Origin: a virus
IMG/VR virus record: IMGVR_UViG_3300011113_000784
Coordinates: 32,001-96,000 of that record
Reading direction: 5' to 3' (one strand)
Length of the DNA stretch: 64,000 nt
The position numbers were made by a program, and so were the translations under genes. The notes beneath the pieces are model-generated. The model saw only the letters and a list, made by a program, of their open reading frames with translations, was not told the DNA's origin and did no database searches. Shown here one piece after another: positions 38,237 through 48,250 of this stretch (positions within the stretch are counted from its first letter, which is position 1; the number at the start of each line of letters is the position of its first letter).

Positions 38237-40870
38237 ATGGCTCTTACTTATAAATATTCTACTTCTGGAGGTTTAAAACTATCAGGATCGGCTGATAATT
38301 TGTCAAGTATTTTACATTATTATCAATTTGAAAACAATAATTTAGATAGTTTTGGTTTTTTTGATCTAGTTGGCAATAATCAATATCAAGCCGGTGTTGT
38401 AAATGAAGCTGCTTTAACTTCTAAATTTTCTACAATACAAGGAAATGCAAATAAAAACGGCGCATTTTATAATGGCAATTCTTTCACATTTTCTATGTGG
38501 TTCAAAATAGGCACAACTACTAAAGACCAAAATATATTTTATCTTGATAGCCCAGATGAAGATTTTGTAATTAAATACGATGCAGCAAGCAAGAAGATAT
38601 ATTTTAATTCATTAAGCAATCCTATTTCTTCTGCAATATTATCTGGAACAACATGGTATTTTGTTTGTATAAGAAAAAATGGTTCTAATGTTTATGTTCA
38701 GTTAAACAATCAACCAGCGGTAAGTTATTCTTATAGTTATTTGCCAATTAGGTTTAATTCTGTTGTTGCAACAAATTTAGATGTTGTTGCTCCTTCAAAA
38801 TATTCTGCTTTATTTTGGGACGATGTAAGATTTTATAAAAATTATTTAAGATCAGAAGAAGTAAGTTATGTTTACAATAATGGTAGTTCCAAGCCAATAT
38901 CTGGTGGGGATCAAGCAAACTTATGGAATAAACAAAATCATTATTATGCTTTTGATGATTCTGCGAATGATAGTTCTGGATCTGCAAATTTAGTATTAAC
39001 TCAATACAGTATTTCAGGCGGAACTAGTCCAATACTTGCTGGAAAATTTAATAACGCACTACAAATTGGAAACACTTATAGTTTAAACAGCTATCTTGGT
39101 TATGATTATTATGGATACACATCTTATAATGGAAATATTTTAGGCACTGCTGGAGAAAGTTATTCTTTATCTTTTTGGGTTAAAAGATTTGCCGACCCTC
39201 TTGAAGAAATAGTTAATCAAATTTCTATTCTTTCTATTTTGACATCTGCAAACAATAATATAATTCAATTTGGCTATGGTGGAAAAAATTTATTTAAAGT
39301 TGATGACGGAACAGTATCTGGTGCCACCATTGAAGTTCCAGCTACTTTAACTAATTGGAATCATTTTGGTGTTGTCTACAACGCAGATCAAGGTAGATAT
39401 GCATTTTATTTAAATGGAAATATTTTTGGAGAAATTAAAGCAACAAGAAGTTTGATAAATGCGGGAAGATTTTATCTTGGATGGGATGGAACAACATATG
39501 AATCTGGCAATCCATATTTATGCCAAGATGCTTTAATAGACGATTTAAGAATTTATAATTTTGCAATTACAGGGTGGGACTTTGTTGCTCTTTATGCATT
39601 AGGATCGTTTAACACTTTAGAAAAAAGTTTGAATATTAATTTTGCAATGGGAACTTTGCCGCTTAAAACATTTCAAGTTGAATCATATGATTTTTATGAA
39701 GATAGTTCCACAACTCAAATTGTCATACCTAATGCACAACATAAATTAAGAACAATAATTCAACAAATATCAGCAACTGATATCAATGAAGTTTGTAAAA
39801 AAATAAAAGATATTAATTTTTTCATGAACATAAAATCAATTGCTGAATGGTCAAATAATTTGTTTGGTCCTTATGGTGGAGGAAAAGCAGGAAGAGATCA
39901 ATACGGATCTTATGTTGATATACCAAATTTTTGTGAAAATGCAGAATGTGTTGATTTTTGTCTTGGAGTAAATGCCATAGTTTCTATAGCAGGAGTTGCC
40001 TATGCCTCCAGTGAATACAATGCTGTCGTTGGTTCCGGTGGTGCTAATTTATATGGAACGGCTTCAGCCTTATTGAACAAATATCAGTATGCTACTTCTG
40101 GTTATTTTGAATTGGCTGGTAGCGCCATTGCTTCTCAAGTAGGTGGCGCTACTGGTAATCCTTATTCTGGAGGCGGAAGTTTTGAATTGGGAGGATCGGC
40201 TGGTCAACGGTCTTCAGATCAAGGCAATATAGTTGTAGAAACAGAACTGAGCATGTCTGTTACACAAATTACTGCTTTATTGAAAACAGATCCCGGTTCT
40301 GCTTTGACAGGCACGGCTGTTTCCTCAAGACAAAGTATATGTGATTGTAAAAATGTCCCCCAACAAATTTCATTGCGTCATAATTTAAACAAATCAAGCG
40401 AATTGACTAGATTTTTGACAAGAAACAATTTGACCATACCGTCAATTGTTACAATGCTTTATAATAAAAAGATAGACAAGTATTCTGCAAATATAAACTT
40501 AGAAGGTTTTTCTTCATTCGTAAATGCAAAAGAATATTGGAATATAATTTTTACCATGTATTGCACAGGAGAGTACAACTCATTTGCAGGAAGATATAAT
40601 TGGATTTTAAACATGAATATAAGAAGAAGCACAGTTGGGTTTGGAGATAAAGAAACAAATGTAATAACTTATCTTTTAAGCAGTTATATTTGCCCTCAAT
40701 TTGATGCAAGCAAATTTAATTTTAAGGTTAATATCAATTTGAACACATTGATCGTTCAGGTTAATAATTCGTCTTTCATTAACTCTGTTAATATCAATGA
40801 TGGAATTGGCTTATTTTTATCTGATGCGTGGAAAGCTGATCCAAATATTACGATGGCGGTTGGAGCTTAG
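38237..40870 (+). CDS. LamG/concanavalin-A domain virion protein
   Basis: two LamG-like units (FTFSMWFK...WYFV...DDVRFY; SLSFWVK...W.HF.V.Y...IDDLRIYN). Confidence 0.75.
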   Translation: MALTYKYSTSGGLKLSGSADNLSSILHYYQFENNNLDSFGFFDLVGNNQYQAGVVNEAALTSKFSTIQGNANKNGAFYNGNSFTFSMWFKIGTTTKDQNIFYLDSPDEDFVIKYDAASKKIYFNSLSNPISSAILSGTTWYFVCIRKNGSNVYVQLNNQPAVSYSYSYLPIRFNSVVATNLDVVAPSKYSALFWDDVRFYKNYLRSEEVSYVYNNGSSKPISGGDQANLWNKQNHYYAFDDSANDSSGSANLVLTQYSISGGTSPILAGKFNNALQIGNTYSLNSYLGYDYYGYTSYNGNILGTAGESYSLSFWVKRFADPLEEIVNQISILSILTSANNNIIQFGYGGKNLFKVDDGTVSGATIEVPATLTNWNHFGVVYNADQGRYAFYLNGNIFGEIKATRSLINAGRFYLGWDGTTYESGNPYLCQDALIDDLRIYNFAITGWDFVALYALGSFNTLEKSLNINFAMGTLPLKTFQVESYDFYEDSSTTQIVIPNAQHKLRTIIQQISATDINEVCKKIKDINFFMNIKSIAEWSNNLFGPYGGGKAGRDQYGSYVDIPNFCENAECVDFCLGVNAIVSIAGVAYASSEYNAVVGSGGANLYGTASALLNKYQYATSGYFELAGSAIASQVGGATGNPYSGGGSFELGGSAGQRSSDQGNIVVETELSMSVTQITALLKTDPGSALTGTAVSSRQSICDCKNVPQQISLRHNLNKSSELTRFLTRNNLTIPSIVTMLYNKKIDKYSANINLEGFSSFVNAKEYWNIIFTMYCTGEYNSFAGRYNWILNMNIRRSTVGFGDKETNVITYLLSSYICPQFDASKFNFKVNINLNTLIVQVNNSSFINSVNINDGIGLFLSDAWKADPNITMAVGA

Positions 40871-40872
40871 TT

Positions 40873-41205
40873 GTGCTTATTGAATTGCTTCTAATTATCA
40901 ACTTGGTTTTTTTACTTATTTTCTTTTTCTCTGTAGTATATTTTTTAAGATATTTGTATCTTGTGCTTCAAGATACAGCCAATGCATTTCAAATGCTTAC
41001 TGAATTCATTAAGAAAAATTTTGAGAAGAATTTAGAAGATCATGAAAATATTATTAAAATAATTGGTGATAATGATGAAAAAGTTGTTTTAAATTTGACT
41101 GAAAATGATCAGAAAATTGTAGATATGATTTCTGAAAATCAAAAAAACCTTATAAACTTGGCTATGTTTTTGGGCTATAGACCAAGAAATTTAGAAGATC
41201 TTTAA
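40873..41205 (+). CDS. membrane protein with coiled coil
   Basis: N-terminal TM helix. Confidence 0.55.
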   Translation: MLIELLLIINLVFLLIFFFSVVYFLRYLYLVLQDTANAFQMLTEFIKKNFEKNLEDHENIIKIIGDNDEKVVLNLTENDQKIVDMISENQKNLINLAMFLGYRPRNLEDL

Positions 41206-41247
41206 ATTAAACAATGCTCTATTAAATTGAACTAGTGGGGCTTTGAT

Positions 41248-42213
41248 ATGCGTGTGCAATATAAAAAATTCAGTTCAACACGCAATTTTGGAGTTGAGCT
41301 TGAAGTGGGGAATGAATATCCAAGGAGTTTTATATCTAGTTTGATAAAAAACTCCACTAATATGAAAGTTAATATTTCAAACTACACACAATCTGTTAAT
41401 AATGCTCACTGGGTTGTGAAAACAGATGCTTCTTGTGGAAGAAGAGTTAGAAGCAATGGTATAAATGAAGGTGGATACGAAATTGCTTCATATGTTGCTT
41501 CAGGCATAGACGATATAAACAAAATTTCTAAAGTTGCTTATGACCTTAAAAGAGGCGGCATAAGAACAAATAATAATTGTGGTTATCATATTCATATTAA
41601 TGTTTCAGATTTTAATGAAGAAGAGATGGGAAGACTTATTAGCTATTGGCTATTAATTGAAGATGTATTTTTCAACATGGTCCCATTTAGAAGAACTGTT
41701 AATCGTTATTGCAAAAAAATAAAAATTAAAAATAATGTTTATGAAAAAGCATTGAAAGTTATTAAAAATAGTTTGAAAATTTGGGAAATGTATAAACCCA
41801 GAACAATTAATATTAGAAACCCAGCTGAGAAAAGATATTCTCTCAACTTATTGAATTTTTATGCTGCTTCAAAAACAAAATTCAAGAGAAAAACAATTGA
41901 ATTTCGCTTTCCTGAAGGAACTCTTTGCCACAAAACAATAAAAAATTTCATATTTATATTTTTGAATTTTGTCGAAAATATGAAAGTTACAAAATCGCCA
42001 AAGTCTAAAATAATGAATATAGATTATTTTCTTAACATTTGTGGATTTTCTGATAATAATACATTTTGTATTTTAGATAATGATTTAATCAAAACAAAGA
42101 TATGGATGTTAAAAAGATTGGTCAGATTTGGCAAGGTTCAAGATTACAAGAACCAAGCTAAAAAGTTGCTCGTTAGGATTTATAGGGGATATGGTAATGC
42201 CAAAAGCTTCTAA
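41248..42213 (+). CDS. amidoligase-2 family (COOH-NH2 ligase-type) protein
   Basis: FGVELE, W....D.S, E..S, CGYHIHI, R....YC, +RY.LN, TIEFR...GT. Confidence 0.85.
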   Translation: MRVQYKKFSSTRNFGVELEVGNEYPRSFISSLIKNSTNMKVNISNYTQSVNNAHWVVKTDASCGRRVRSNGINEGGYEIASYVASGIDDINKISKVAYDLKRGGIRTNNNCGYHIHINVSDFNEEEMGRLISYWLLIEDVFFNMVPFRRTVNRYCKKIKIKNNVYEKALKVIKNSLKIWEMYKPRTINIRNPAEKRYSLNLLNFYAASKTKFKRKTIEFRFPEGTLCHKTIKNFIFIFLNFVENMKVTKSPKSKIMNIDYFLNICGFSDNNTFCILDNDLIKTKIWMLKRLVRFGKVQDYKNQAKKLLVRIYRGYGNAKSF

Positions 42214-42400
42214 AACAAACCGTCAAATGTTTGATGCCTTTGCAAGTAAATACGAGGATGTTCCTGCCGTATTTATTGCTAGAACTTTAGACTATTTAGA
42301 AAATTATGGAAATTGTTTTGATGCAATTCTTGATTACAAGCCAATTGCTATTCAGGAATTTAATACTGAAAGAAACAAATGGCAAAACAAAAAACTATAA
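42197..42400 (+). CDS. hypothetical protein
   Basis: ORF with AGGGG SD; start moved downstream. Confidence 0.55.
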   Translation: MPKASKTNRQMFDAFASKYEDVPAVFIARTLDYLENYGNCFDAILDYKPIAIQEFNTERNKWQNKKL

Positions 42401-42480
42401 AAAAAATATTGAAGGATAATAAATATTTATTGGTTCACAATCCCAGCAATCTTGGTAATTTAATAAAAAAAGGTGATATC

Positions 42481-42783
42481 ATGGCAGAACAAGATGCAAA
42501 TGTTCCTGTTACGCCTGCAACTAAAATATTATATTATTTATATGGTTTTGTAAATTTTATATTGATGTTATTCAAAAGTACAGTTGTTTTTTTGTGTGGC
42601 ATTCTTGTTGGAATGGGAGTTATTATTAAAAACCCTCCTGCCGACAAAACAAACATTGCCATTATTGAAAAATTAGAATCTGAAAATTCTGCTCTCAAAG
42701 ATTTAATCAAAAAAAAGAATAGCGAAGAAATAAGACTTGCTTCTCCAGAAGTAGTTCAAAATGGTTTTGTAATGCCTCGCTGA
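42481..42783 (+). CDS. membrane protein
   Basis: AGGTG SD; long hydrophobic segment then coiled coil. Confidence 0.55.
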   Translation: MAEQDANVPVTPATKILYYLYGFVNFILMLFKSTVVFLCGILVGMGVIIKNPPADKTNIAIIEKLESENSALKDLIKKKNSEEIRLASPEVVQNGFVMPR

Positions 42784-42817
42784 AACTTATATTTGATTAT
42801 TCTATTAGTTTAGGAGA

Positions 42818-43063
42818 TTGGCAATGGATAAAAACTACATAAAAATGATTCAGGGATTTGAACAAGCTAGCGCCATGATGAAACCATTTGCCAATTTCAT
42901 TGGTGTTTATTTTAAAAATTTGATTGAAAATGGTTTTACTCGTCAAGAAGCATTAGCTCTTGTTGAAAATTATCAAATCATGATTTTCAATAGAGCTTTT
43001 GAAATGAATAATAACCAAAATATTGATTTTGGCGATATAGAAGAACAAAACAGCGAAGATTGA
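42818..43063 (+). CDS. hypothetical protein
   Basis: Y..LIE.GFT..EAL.L motif common in phage small proteins. Confidence 0.65.
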   Translation: MAMDKNYIKMIQGFEQASAMMKPFANFIGVYFKNLIENGFTRQEALALVENYQIMIFNRAFEMNNNQNIDFGDIEEQNSED

Positions 43064-43080
43064 TTTTCGAGGGTTTTGAC

Positions 43081-43332
43081 ATGAGTTTTCTTAACATTGG
43101 TAGTTCCAAGCATCAAATTGGACAATCATCTTGCGATGAATGCTTGAGCGGATACCCACGCAAATGTCGTTGTGGCGGAATGATTCACGCTGAATTTGGT
43201 GGTCAAAACTCACCATCAAAATATCTTTGTGACAAGTGTGGTGACCGATTTATCAGGAACACTTATGTTCCTAAGAATCGTAAACCATTTTACAAAAATA
43301 AGACCAAGATCAGAGCTAAAAATGACAGCTAA
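43081..43332 (+). CDS. zinc-finger protein
   Basis: CxxC, CxCGG.IH and CxxCG motifs. Confidence 0.6.
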   Translation: MSFLNIGSSKHQIGQSSCDECLSGYPRKCRCGGMIHAEFGGQNSPSKYLCDKCGDRFIRNTYVPKNRKPFYKNKTKIRAKNDS

Positions 43333-43903
43333 GCTTTATACTGGATACGGTGATAAAGGTTGCACTTTTACTAAGCGTAATCCTAAAACACCCAAATACG
43401 ACAAACTTATTCATCTTATTGGAGAAATAGATGATTTAAATAGTCATATTGGCTATTTGGTTTATTTGCTTGAAAAGAAATTCCATCAAGCAGAATATGC
43501 AATTTTTCAAAACAGAATTCAATCCCTTCTTTTTCATATTGGTGCTTTTTTAGGATATAACAGTCCAATAAAAAAAGAAGTGCTAGAAAGAGCTATTTCA
43601 ACAATCGAATATCAAATTGACGATCAAGAAAAGAAGAACGAACCTATTAAGAATTTTATTTTGCCATTTGGGACTCAAGCAGCTTCTTTTGCTCACATTT
43701 GTCGTTCTAAAGCAAGAACTGTTGAACGATTAGTTTGCGAACATCTGTCTCATCAGGATGAAATATCCGAAACCAATGGATTGATTCAAGTCTTATTTAA
43801 TCGTTTAAGCGATTACTATTTTAGCTTAGCTAGAACAATTAATCGCCTAAACGGGAAAAAAGATCTTGTTTGGAAGGCTGATTCAAGTGAATACGATTTC
43901 TAG
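43322..43903 (+). CDS. pduO: PduO-type ATP:cob(I)alamin adenosyltransferase
   Basis: KLYT..GDKG.T, G.IDDLNS.IG, IQ..LF.IG, FILP, AH.CR...R..ER, NRLSDY.F. Confidence 0.88.
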   Translation: MTAKLYTGYGDKGCTFTKRNPKTPKYDKLIHLIGEIDDLNSHIGYLVYLLEKKFHQAEYAIFQNRIQSLLFHIGAFLGYNSPIKKEVLERAISTIEYQIDDQEKKNEPIKNFILPFGTQAASFAHICRSKARTVERLVCEHLSHQDEISETNGLIQVLFNRLSDYYFSLARTINRLNGKKDLVWKADSSEYDF

Positions 43904-43940
43904 CTCCAAAAGACACGCTTGGTCCATAAATAATAAAGAG

Positions 43941-44567
43941 ATGGACCAAAAGCTGACTAAACCAGTCCTTGTCTTAAACAAGCATTGGATTGCTGTAGGA
44001 ACCACGCCGCTTTACAAAGCATTTAACCTCATATTTAACAACACACAAAACAAACATAAAGCAGAAATAATTGATATTGATTGCGCTCCTTATACTTGGG
44101 AGCAATGGAGTCTATTAAAACCAAATAGCAATGAAGAAACAATTAATACAGTTTCTTGTTCATTTAGAATTCCTCAAGTAATTAGACTTTATGGTTATGA
44201 TAAACTTCCACAACAAAGAGTAATATTTTGTCGCCATAATCTTTACAAAAGAGATAATTATCAGTGCCAATACTGTGGAGTTAAACCCGGAACAGAAGAA
44301 CTAACAATTGACCATGTTTTGCCAAGATGCAAAGGTGGCATGACCACTTGGGAAAATTGTGTTATTTGTTGTCCTGATTGCAACAAAATCAAAGGCGGAA
44401 GATTGCCAGAAGAAGTTAAACACCGTAAATTTCCCGGCGGTATGAAACTGCTTAAAGAACCAAAAAGACCAAAATATAGAGAAATTAGAATGCATACTGT
44501 TTATCCAAGTTGGAATCAATGGTTAACAGAAGCTTATTGGAACATAGAGTTAGAAAATGACAACTGA
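43941..44567 (+). CDS. HNH endonuclease
   Basis: VLVLN, P.VIRL, R.N...RD...CQYCG, TIDHV.P...GG...WEN.V..C..CN..K. Confidence 0.92.
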   Translation: MDQKLTKPVLVLNKHWIAVGTTPLYKAFNLIFNNTQNKHKAEIIDIDCAPYTWEQWSLLKPNSNEETINTVSCSFRIPQVIRLYGYDKLPQQRVIFCRHNLYKRDNYQCQYCGVKPGTEELTIDHVLPRCKGGMTTWENCVICCPDCNKIKGGRLPEEVKHRKFPGGMKLLKEPKRPKYREIRMHTVYPSWNQWLTEAYWNIELENDN

Positions 44568-45312
44568 AAGAAAAGGGTTTAACCCAGTAGTTAATATTAA
44601 ATTTCCGGTTGAAAAATTAATCGACATAATTGTTCCATTTCATGGATGCTATGAATCTGTTTCCAATTTGATTAAAAGTGTGTTCATGCATTCGCCACAA
44701 TTAGTAAATAAATTAATTTTAGTTGATAACGGTTCTGAAAATAAAGAATTTGGCTTAATGTATAGTGAACACCCTAAAATAAAAATTGTTAGAAGTGAAG
44801 AAAATTTAGGATTTGGTGGTGGCATCAATCTGGGAATGAAAAATGCTGAAAAAACAATTGCTATTGTCATGCACAGTGATTCTTATTTAGCTGATAAAAA
44901 ATCTTTATCTAATTTGTATAATGATTTTATCTCTATGAGAGATAAAGCTGTTGGCATGATGACAGCTGTTAGTAACAACCCTCAGACAAATGAAAAGATT
45001 TTACAAAGAAGCAGTGTAGTTGACGAAACCCCCCAAATAATTTCAAATAATTTTATACCAATGTATGGCTGTATTATTGATCTTGCAGCTTGGCTTAGTT
45101 GCCAAGGAGTCCCAGAATTTCCACTGGCTTGGTTTGAAGATGAAGCATTTTGTTACAAATTAAACAGACTCAAATATAATATTGCTGTTTCTTATAGAAG
45201 TTTTATAGGTCATAAGGGATCTGTAACAGTTAAAAGTCTTGTAAATAAAAATAAAAAAAATCTAGAAACAATGAAATCTAATATCAATCTTTTAAATAAA
45301 ATTAGAAAATAA
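44557..45312 (+). CDS. GT2-family glycosyltransferase
   Basis: IIVP, ILVDNGS, NLGFGGG.N.G, MHSD, WFED. Confidence 0.8.
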   Translation: MTTERKGFNPVVNIKFPVEKLIDIIVPFHGCYESVSNLIKSVFMHSPQLVNKLILVDNGSENKEFGLMYSEHPKIKIVRSEENLGFGGGINLGMKNAEKTIAIVMHSDSYLADKKSLSNLYNDFISMRDKAVGMMTAVSNNPQTNEKILQRSSVVDETPQIISNNFIPMYGCIIDLAAWLSCQGVPEFPLAWFEDEAFCYKLNRLKYNIAVSYRSFIGHKGSVTVKSLVNKNKKNLETMKSNINLLNKIRK

Positions 45313-45339
45313 TACTAAATATTTTAGGAGGAGAAAAAT

Positions 45340-45519
45340 ATGAATAATGTTTTTACTAATACCTTGGTTTGTTTAAAATCTGACAATACTACTGTTAATG
45401 TTGGCATTAGACAGTTTCCACCTAACTGCCCTAAAATTAATTACAACAATCAGTGCAGCACCCTTTACAGCGCATGGCTTCCTGCCATTACTGTTTGCCG
45501 TCAAGCTCTTTTTGTTTGA
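45340..45519 (+). CDS. small Cys-containing protein (59 aa, not in ORF track)
   Basis: CTAAATA, AGGAGGAG SD and ATG; MNNVFTNTLVCLK... Confidence 0.6.
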   Translation: MNNVFTNTLVCLKSDNTTVNVGIRQFPPNCPKINYNNQCSTLYSAWLPAITVCRQALFV

Positions 45520-46360
45520 TTTTTAATAATTTTTTCTTGGTTCTTGCAGGAATTTCACGAATCTTGCAAGAACCATCTTTATTTAAATTCTTCTGCTTTT
45601 GTTTTACAAATGTTGTGCTGTCTTTCTTGTCATAATCACTTATATTGTTATTCCCACCACTAGTGAATTTTTGAACATTATAATCAATATAAAATCTAGC
45701 AGCAGCTTTTGCATCGGGTTCTCCAGAATTAATCATTTTGCTGCTGACATTCCAATCAGATGTAAAGCTTTGCCTATGAATAGGCACAAGTTGAGCAATT
45801 GGAGTCTTATCATCTGGTTTGAATCGTAGTGGCTTAAATTTTTGTGTAAACACAAGATTTATCCAGATGTCGTATTGCATCCAATCTGTTTCTAAAATGC
45901 CTTCCATGACAAAATATGGTTGTCTTTCAGGAAAATTAATTGGGGACCGTATTTGCATACACCAATTGGGTGGTGTTTTGAAAATACAACCAGTGTACAC
46001 CTGAACAACACCAGCTTCCACTAAGCCATAAGTAAACTTCGATCTACCAATTCCAACATGATTCCATTTTTCTGATTTTGTTAATTCTGGTGCCCGTAAC
46101 ATGCTATGAACAATTCCGTAATCAGAATCATCATAATCTTCATAATTTTTATATGTAAAATCTTTACCTCCATGCCAAGTGATTTCAAAATCTATAGGAG
46201 GGTATACCCAAAAACCCATTTGATTCGCAATTTTGTAAGGCATGCACCACTTGATGCCGTTTTTATCTGCGGTGTCTTTTAGTGTTTTTTCTGCTTTTTC
46301 AATCCTGCTGGCTTTTGGATGTGTTTTAAAAACACTAAAATCAAGAATTTCTTCACGCAT
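45488..46360 (-). CDS. DUF6065-like protein
   Basis: C.P...AN..G.....P.D, G..ETDW, PIAQ..P. Confidence 0.65.
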   Translation of the reverse strand: MREEILDFSVFKTHPKASRIEKAEKTLKDTADKNGIKWCMPYKIANQMGFWVYPPIDFEITWHGGKDFTYKNYEDYDDSDYGIVHSMLRAPELTKSEKWNHVGIGRSKFTYGLVEAGVVQVYTGCIFKTPPNWCMQIRSPINFPERQPYFVMEGILETDWMQYDIWINLVFTQKFKPLRFKPDDKTPIAQLVPIHRQSFTSDWNVSSKMINSGEPDAKAAARFYIDYNVQKFTSGGNNNISDYDKKDSTTFVKQKQKNLNKDGSCKIREIPARTKKKLLKIKQKELDGKQ

Positions 46361-46401
46361 GTCCTTGCTCCTTTAATTTAATTGAGTGAGCCAAACAGCA
46401 G

Positions 46402-46430
46402 TTGACAATCCAAAATAGTTTTTTTAGCAT
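46402..46430 (+). promoter_or_regulatory. sigma70-type promoter
   Basis: TTGACA-17 nt-TAGCAT. Confidence 0.7.
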
Positions 46431-46476
46431 TGGCTTGGATGAGTAGGACTCATCATTAGGCTGAAAGGAGTTTGCT

Positions 46477-47727
46477 ATGCAGACGATTGATGTACAGACT
46501 GGTTTGACTCGCATTTCATTCAATTCTATCAAACCTGCAAAGGAATTTGATGAATTTGAATTTGGTTTCTTTAACCCTAGAATTCTCGATTCTAAAAATC
46601 GTGAAAACTATGGATTCTCTAAAGAAGAAATTGAAAACTTAAAGAATTCCATTAAATCCAAAGGTTTAATGGAAAACTTTCATGTTAACGCAATTGATGG
46701 CGAATATGTTCTGATTGATGGACATCGCAGACACGAAGCTATTTCACAATTGATTGCTGAAGATGCTCTTTGTTATGACAGGCATACTAATCAGTATGTC
46801 AATGCAAAAGAAATATATTCTGAAATTATTGTTGTTCTTCATAGAGGATTGAATCCTTCTCAATGCTTTAGCCGAGCATTTGAGAGCGATAGCAATAAGA
46901 TTTCTTTTGGTGAAAATGCCACCATTAGATTTATTGATTATTGCGTCAACTTTAACATGTCAGAAAACAAAATTATTGAAATGTGTGGAAGGAGTATTTC
47001 TTGGTTTCGTTATGCAACAAAATTGTTGCAAAAAGTAAATGGAGATTCCGATATCAAGGAAGCACTTCTTGATGGAAGAATTAATGCAACTGCTGCTAAT
47101 TCTTTGATGGATATTGCAGATGTAGAAGAAAGGCAGCGTGTATTTGAAAACGCTTTGCAAAAAGCAGAACAAGATTATGTTGAAAAGGTAAAGAAACAAG
47201 ATTTAGCTATCTCTAACACAAAGAGAAAGCTGAAAAAAGCTGAAAAGAAAAAGGAAGAAGCTGAAATCGTTGGTGATATTGAAGATGTCACCGATGCAGA
47301 TGCTTTGATTGAAAAACATACCGCAACGCTTGAAGATCGCAAGCGTGAACGCAACGAGATCACTCCTCGCATCAATAGCAAAAATATTGAAGAAGCTATT
47401 GATGATATCGATTCCTCAGAAATTGAAAACAGGTCTGAGGAAGAAACTCTTCCAACCAAGAGTAAGCTGCCCAAACTCACGATGAAATCAATTCGTGATA
47501 GCTGGACAAAGGATATTGATGCTGCTATTGCTAGAGGTCACATGACCGATGAGCATGAGGCTATTACTCCTATTCTCAACAATTGCTTTGCTGATATGAT
47601 CAAGGCAATGTTTGAGGAAAAAATTTCTTATCAGGATTTCGTTTATCGCTGGTCAACTCGTTTTGCAGAAGCTGGTCTTTCAGATAATGCGGGAGCTAAT
47701 GTTGACACTAACAAAGAAGTAGAGTAA
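46477..47727 (+). CDS. ParB/Srx N-terminal domain protein with HTH and coiled coil
   Basis: FNPR...I..L..SI...GL, LIDGHRR..A, G.S..W, G.I....A. Confidence 0.8.
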   Translation: MQTIDVQTGLTRISFNSIKPAKEFDEFEFGFFNPRILDSKNRENYGFSKEEIENLKNSIKSKGLMENFHVNAIDGEYVLIDGHRRHEAISQLIAEDALCYDRHTNQYVNAKEIYSEIIVVLHRGLNPSQCFSRAFESDSNKISFGENATIRFIDYCVNFNMSENKIIEMCGRSISWFRYATKLLQKVNGDSDIKEALLDGRINATAANSLMDIADVEERQRVFENALQKAEQDYVEKVKKQDLAISNTKRKLKKAEKKKEEAEIVGDIEDVTDADALIEKHTATLEDRKRERNEITPRINSKNIEEAIDDIDSSEIENRSEEETLPTKSKLPKLTMKSIRDSWTKDIDAAIARGHMTDEHEAITPILNNCFADMIKAMFEEKISYQDFVYRWSTRFAEAGLSDNAGANVDTNKEVE

Positions 47728-47735
47728 TATCTGAC

Positions 47736-47820
47736 TAACAGGTGGTGGGTAAAAAAAGGTGGGACTATCTCTCTGAAGTGCAGTGTCTTGTGACACAGGA
47801 GAGATACCCGCCACCTGTTA
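47736..47820 (+). ncRNA. candidate structured RNA directly 5' of the tRNA
   Basis: 16-bp outer stem TAACAGGTGGTGGGTA/TACCCGCCACCTGTTA, inner TATCTCTC/GAGAGATA stem, apical GTGTC-TTGT-GACAC. Confidence 0.55.
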
Positions 47821-47822
47821 TT

Positions 47823-47894
47823 GGTTCCTAAGCATAGATAACGATGCAATCGGCTTTTAACCGATTGAGGATGGTGTAAGTCCATCAGGAACCA
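47823..47894 (+). tRNA. tRNA-Lys(UUU), non-canonical D/T loops, CCA not encoded
   Basis: GGTTCCT/AGGAACC acceptor, GCAT/ATGC D stem, ATCGG-CTTTTAA-CCGAT anticodon arm, GATGG-TGTAAGT-CCATC T arm. Confidence 0.85.
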
Positions 47895-47917
47895 TTAACT
47901 AACAATTAATAAGAAGT

Positions 47918-48250
47918 GTGTCTACAATTGATACAGACACAATAAATACTAATATTATGCCAATCTTGAATTGTCCATTTTGCGGTGATTATTTACCATA
48001 TGTTTTAAACGAAGGAATTGTTTTTTGCGACCATTGTGAAAGAATGGTGGATAGTTCTTATAAAAACAAAATGCTTAGTGTATTCAGAATACTTAATAAA
48101 AATCAAGGCATGAAATATGATCACATCAAGCTTGAATACAAACTTGATGATAAATCATGGGAAATATTAACAAAGGCAATAGAAGATTGCCTTACGCATC
48201 AAGAATTTGAAGCCTTGTTAAAAAGAATATCATCATCTTCTTCAGAATGA
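47918..48250 (+). CDS. zinc-ribbon protein
   Basis: CPFCG...CDHC. Confidence 0.6.
   Translation: MSTIDTDTINTNIMPILNCPFCGDYLPYVLNEGIVFCDHCERMVDSSYKNKMLSVFRILNKNQGMKYDHIKLEYKLDDKSWEILTKAIEDCLTHQEFEALLKRISSSSSE

Noticed and set aside
46477-47727. Plasmid-type partition system
   Set aside because: There is no ParA or parS-like repeat nearby; a lone ParB/Srx-domain protein is common in phages.
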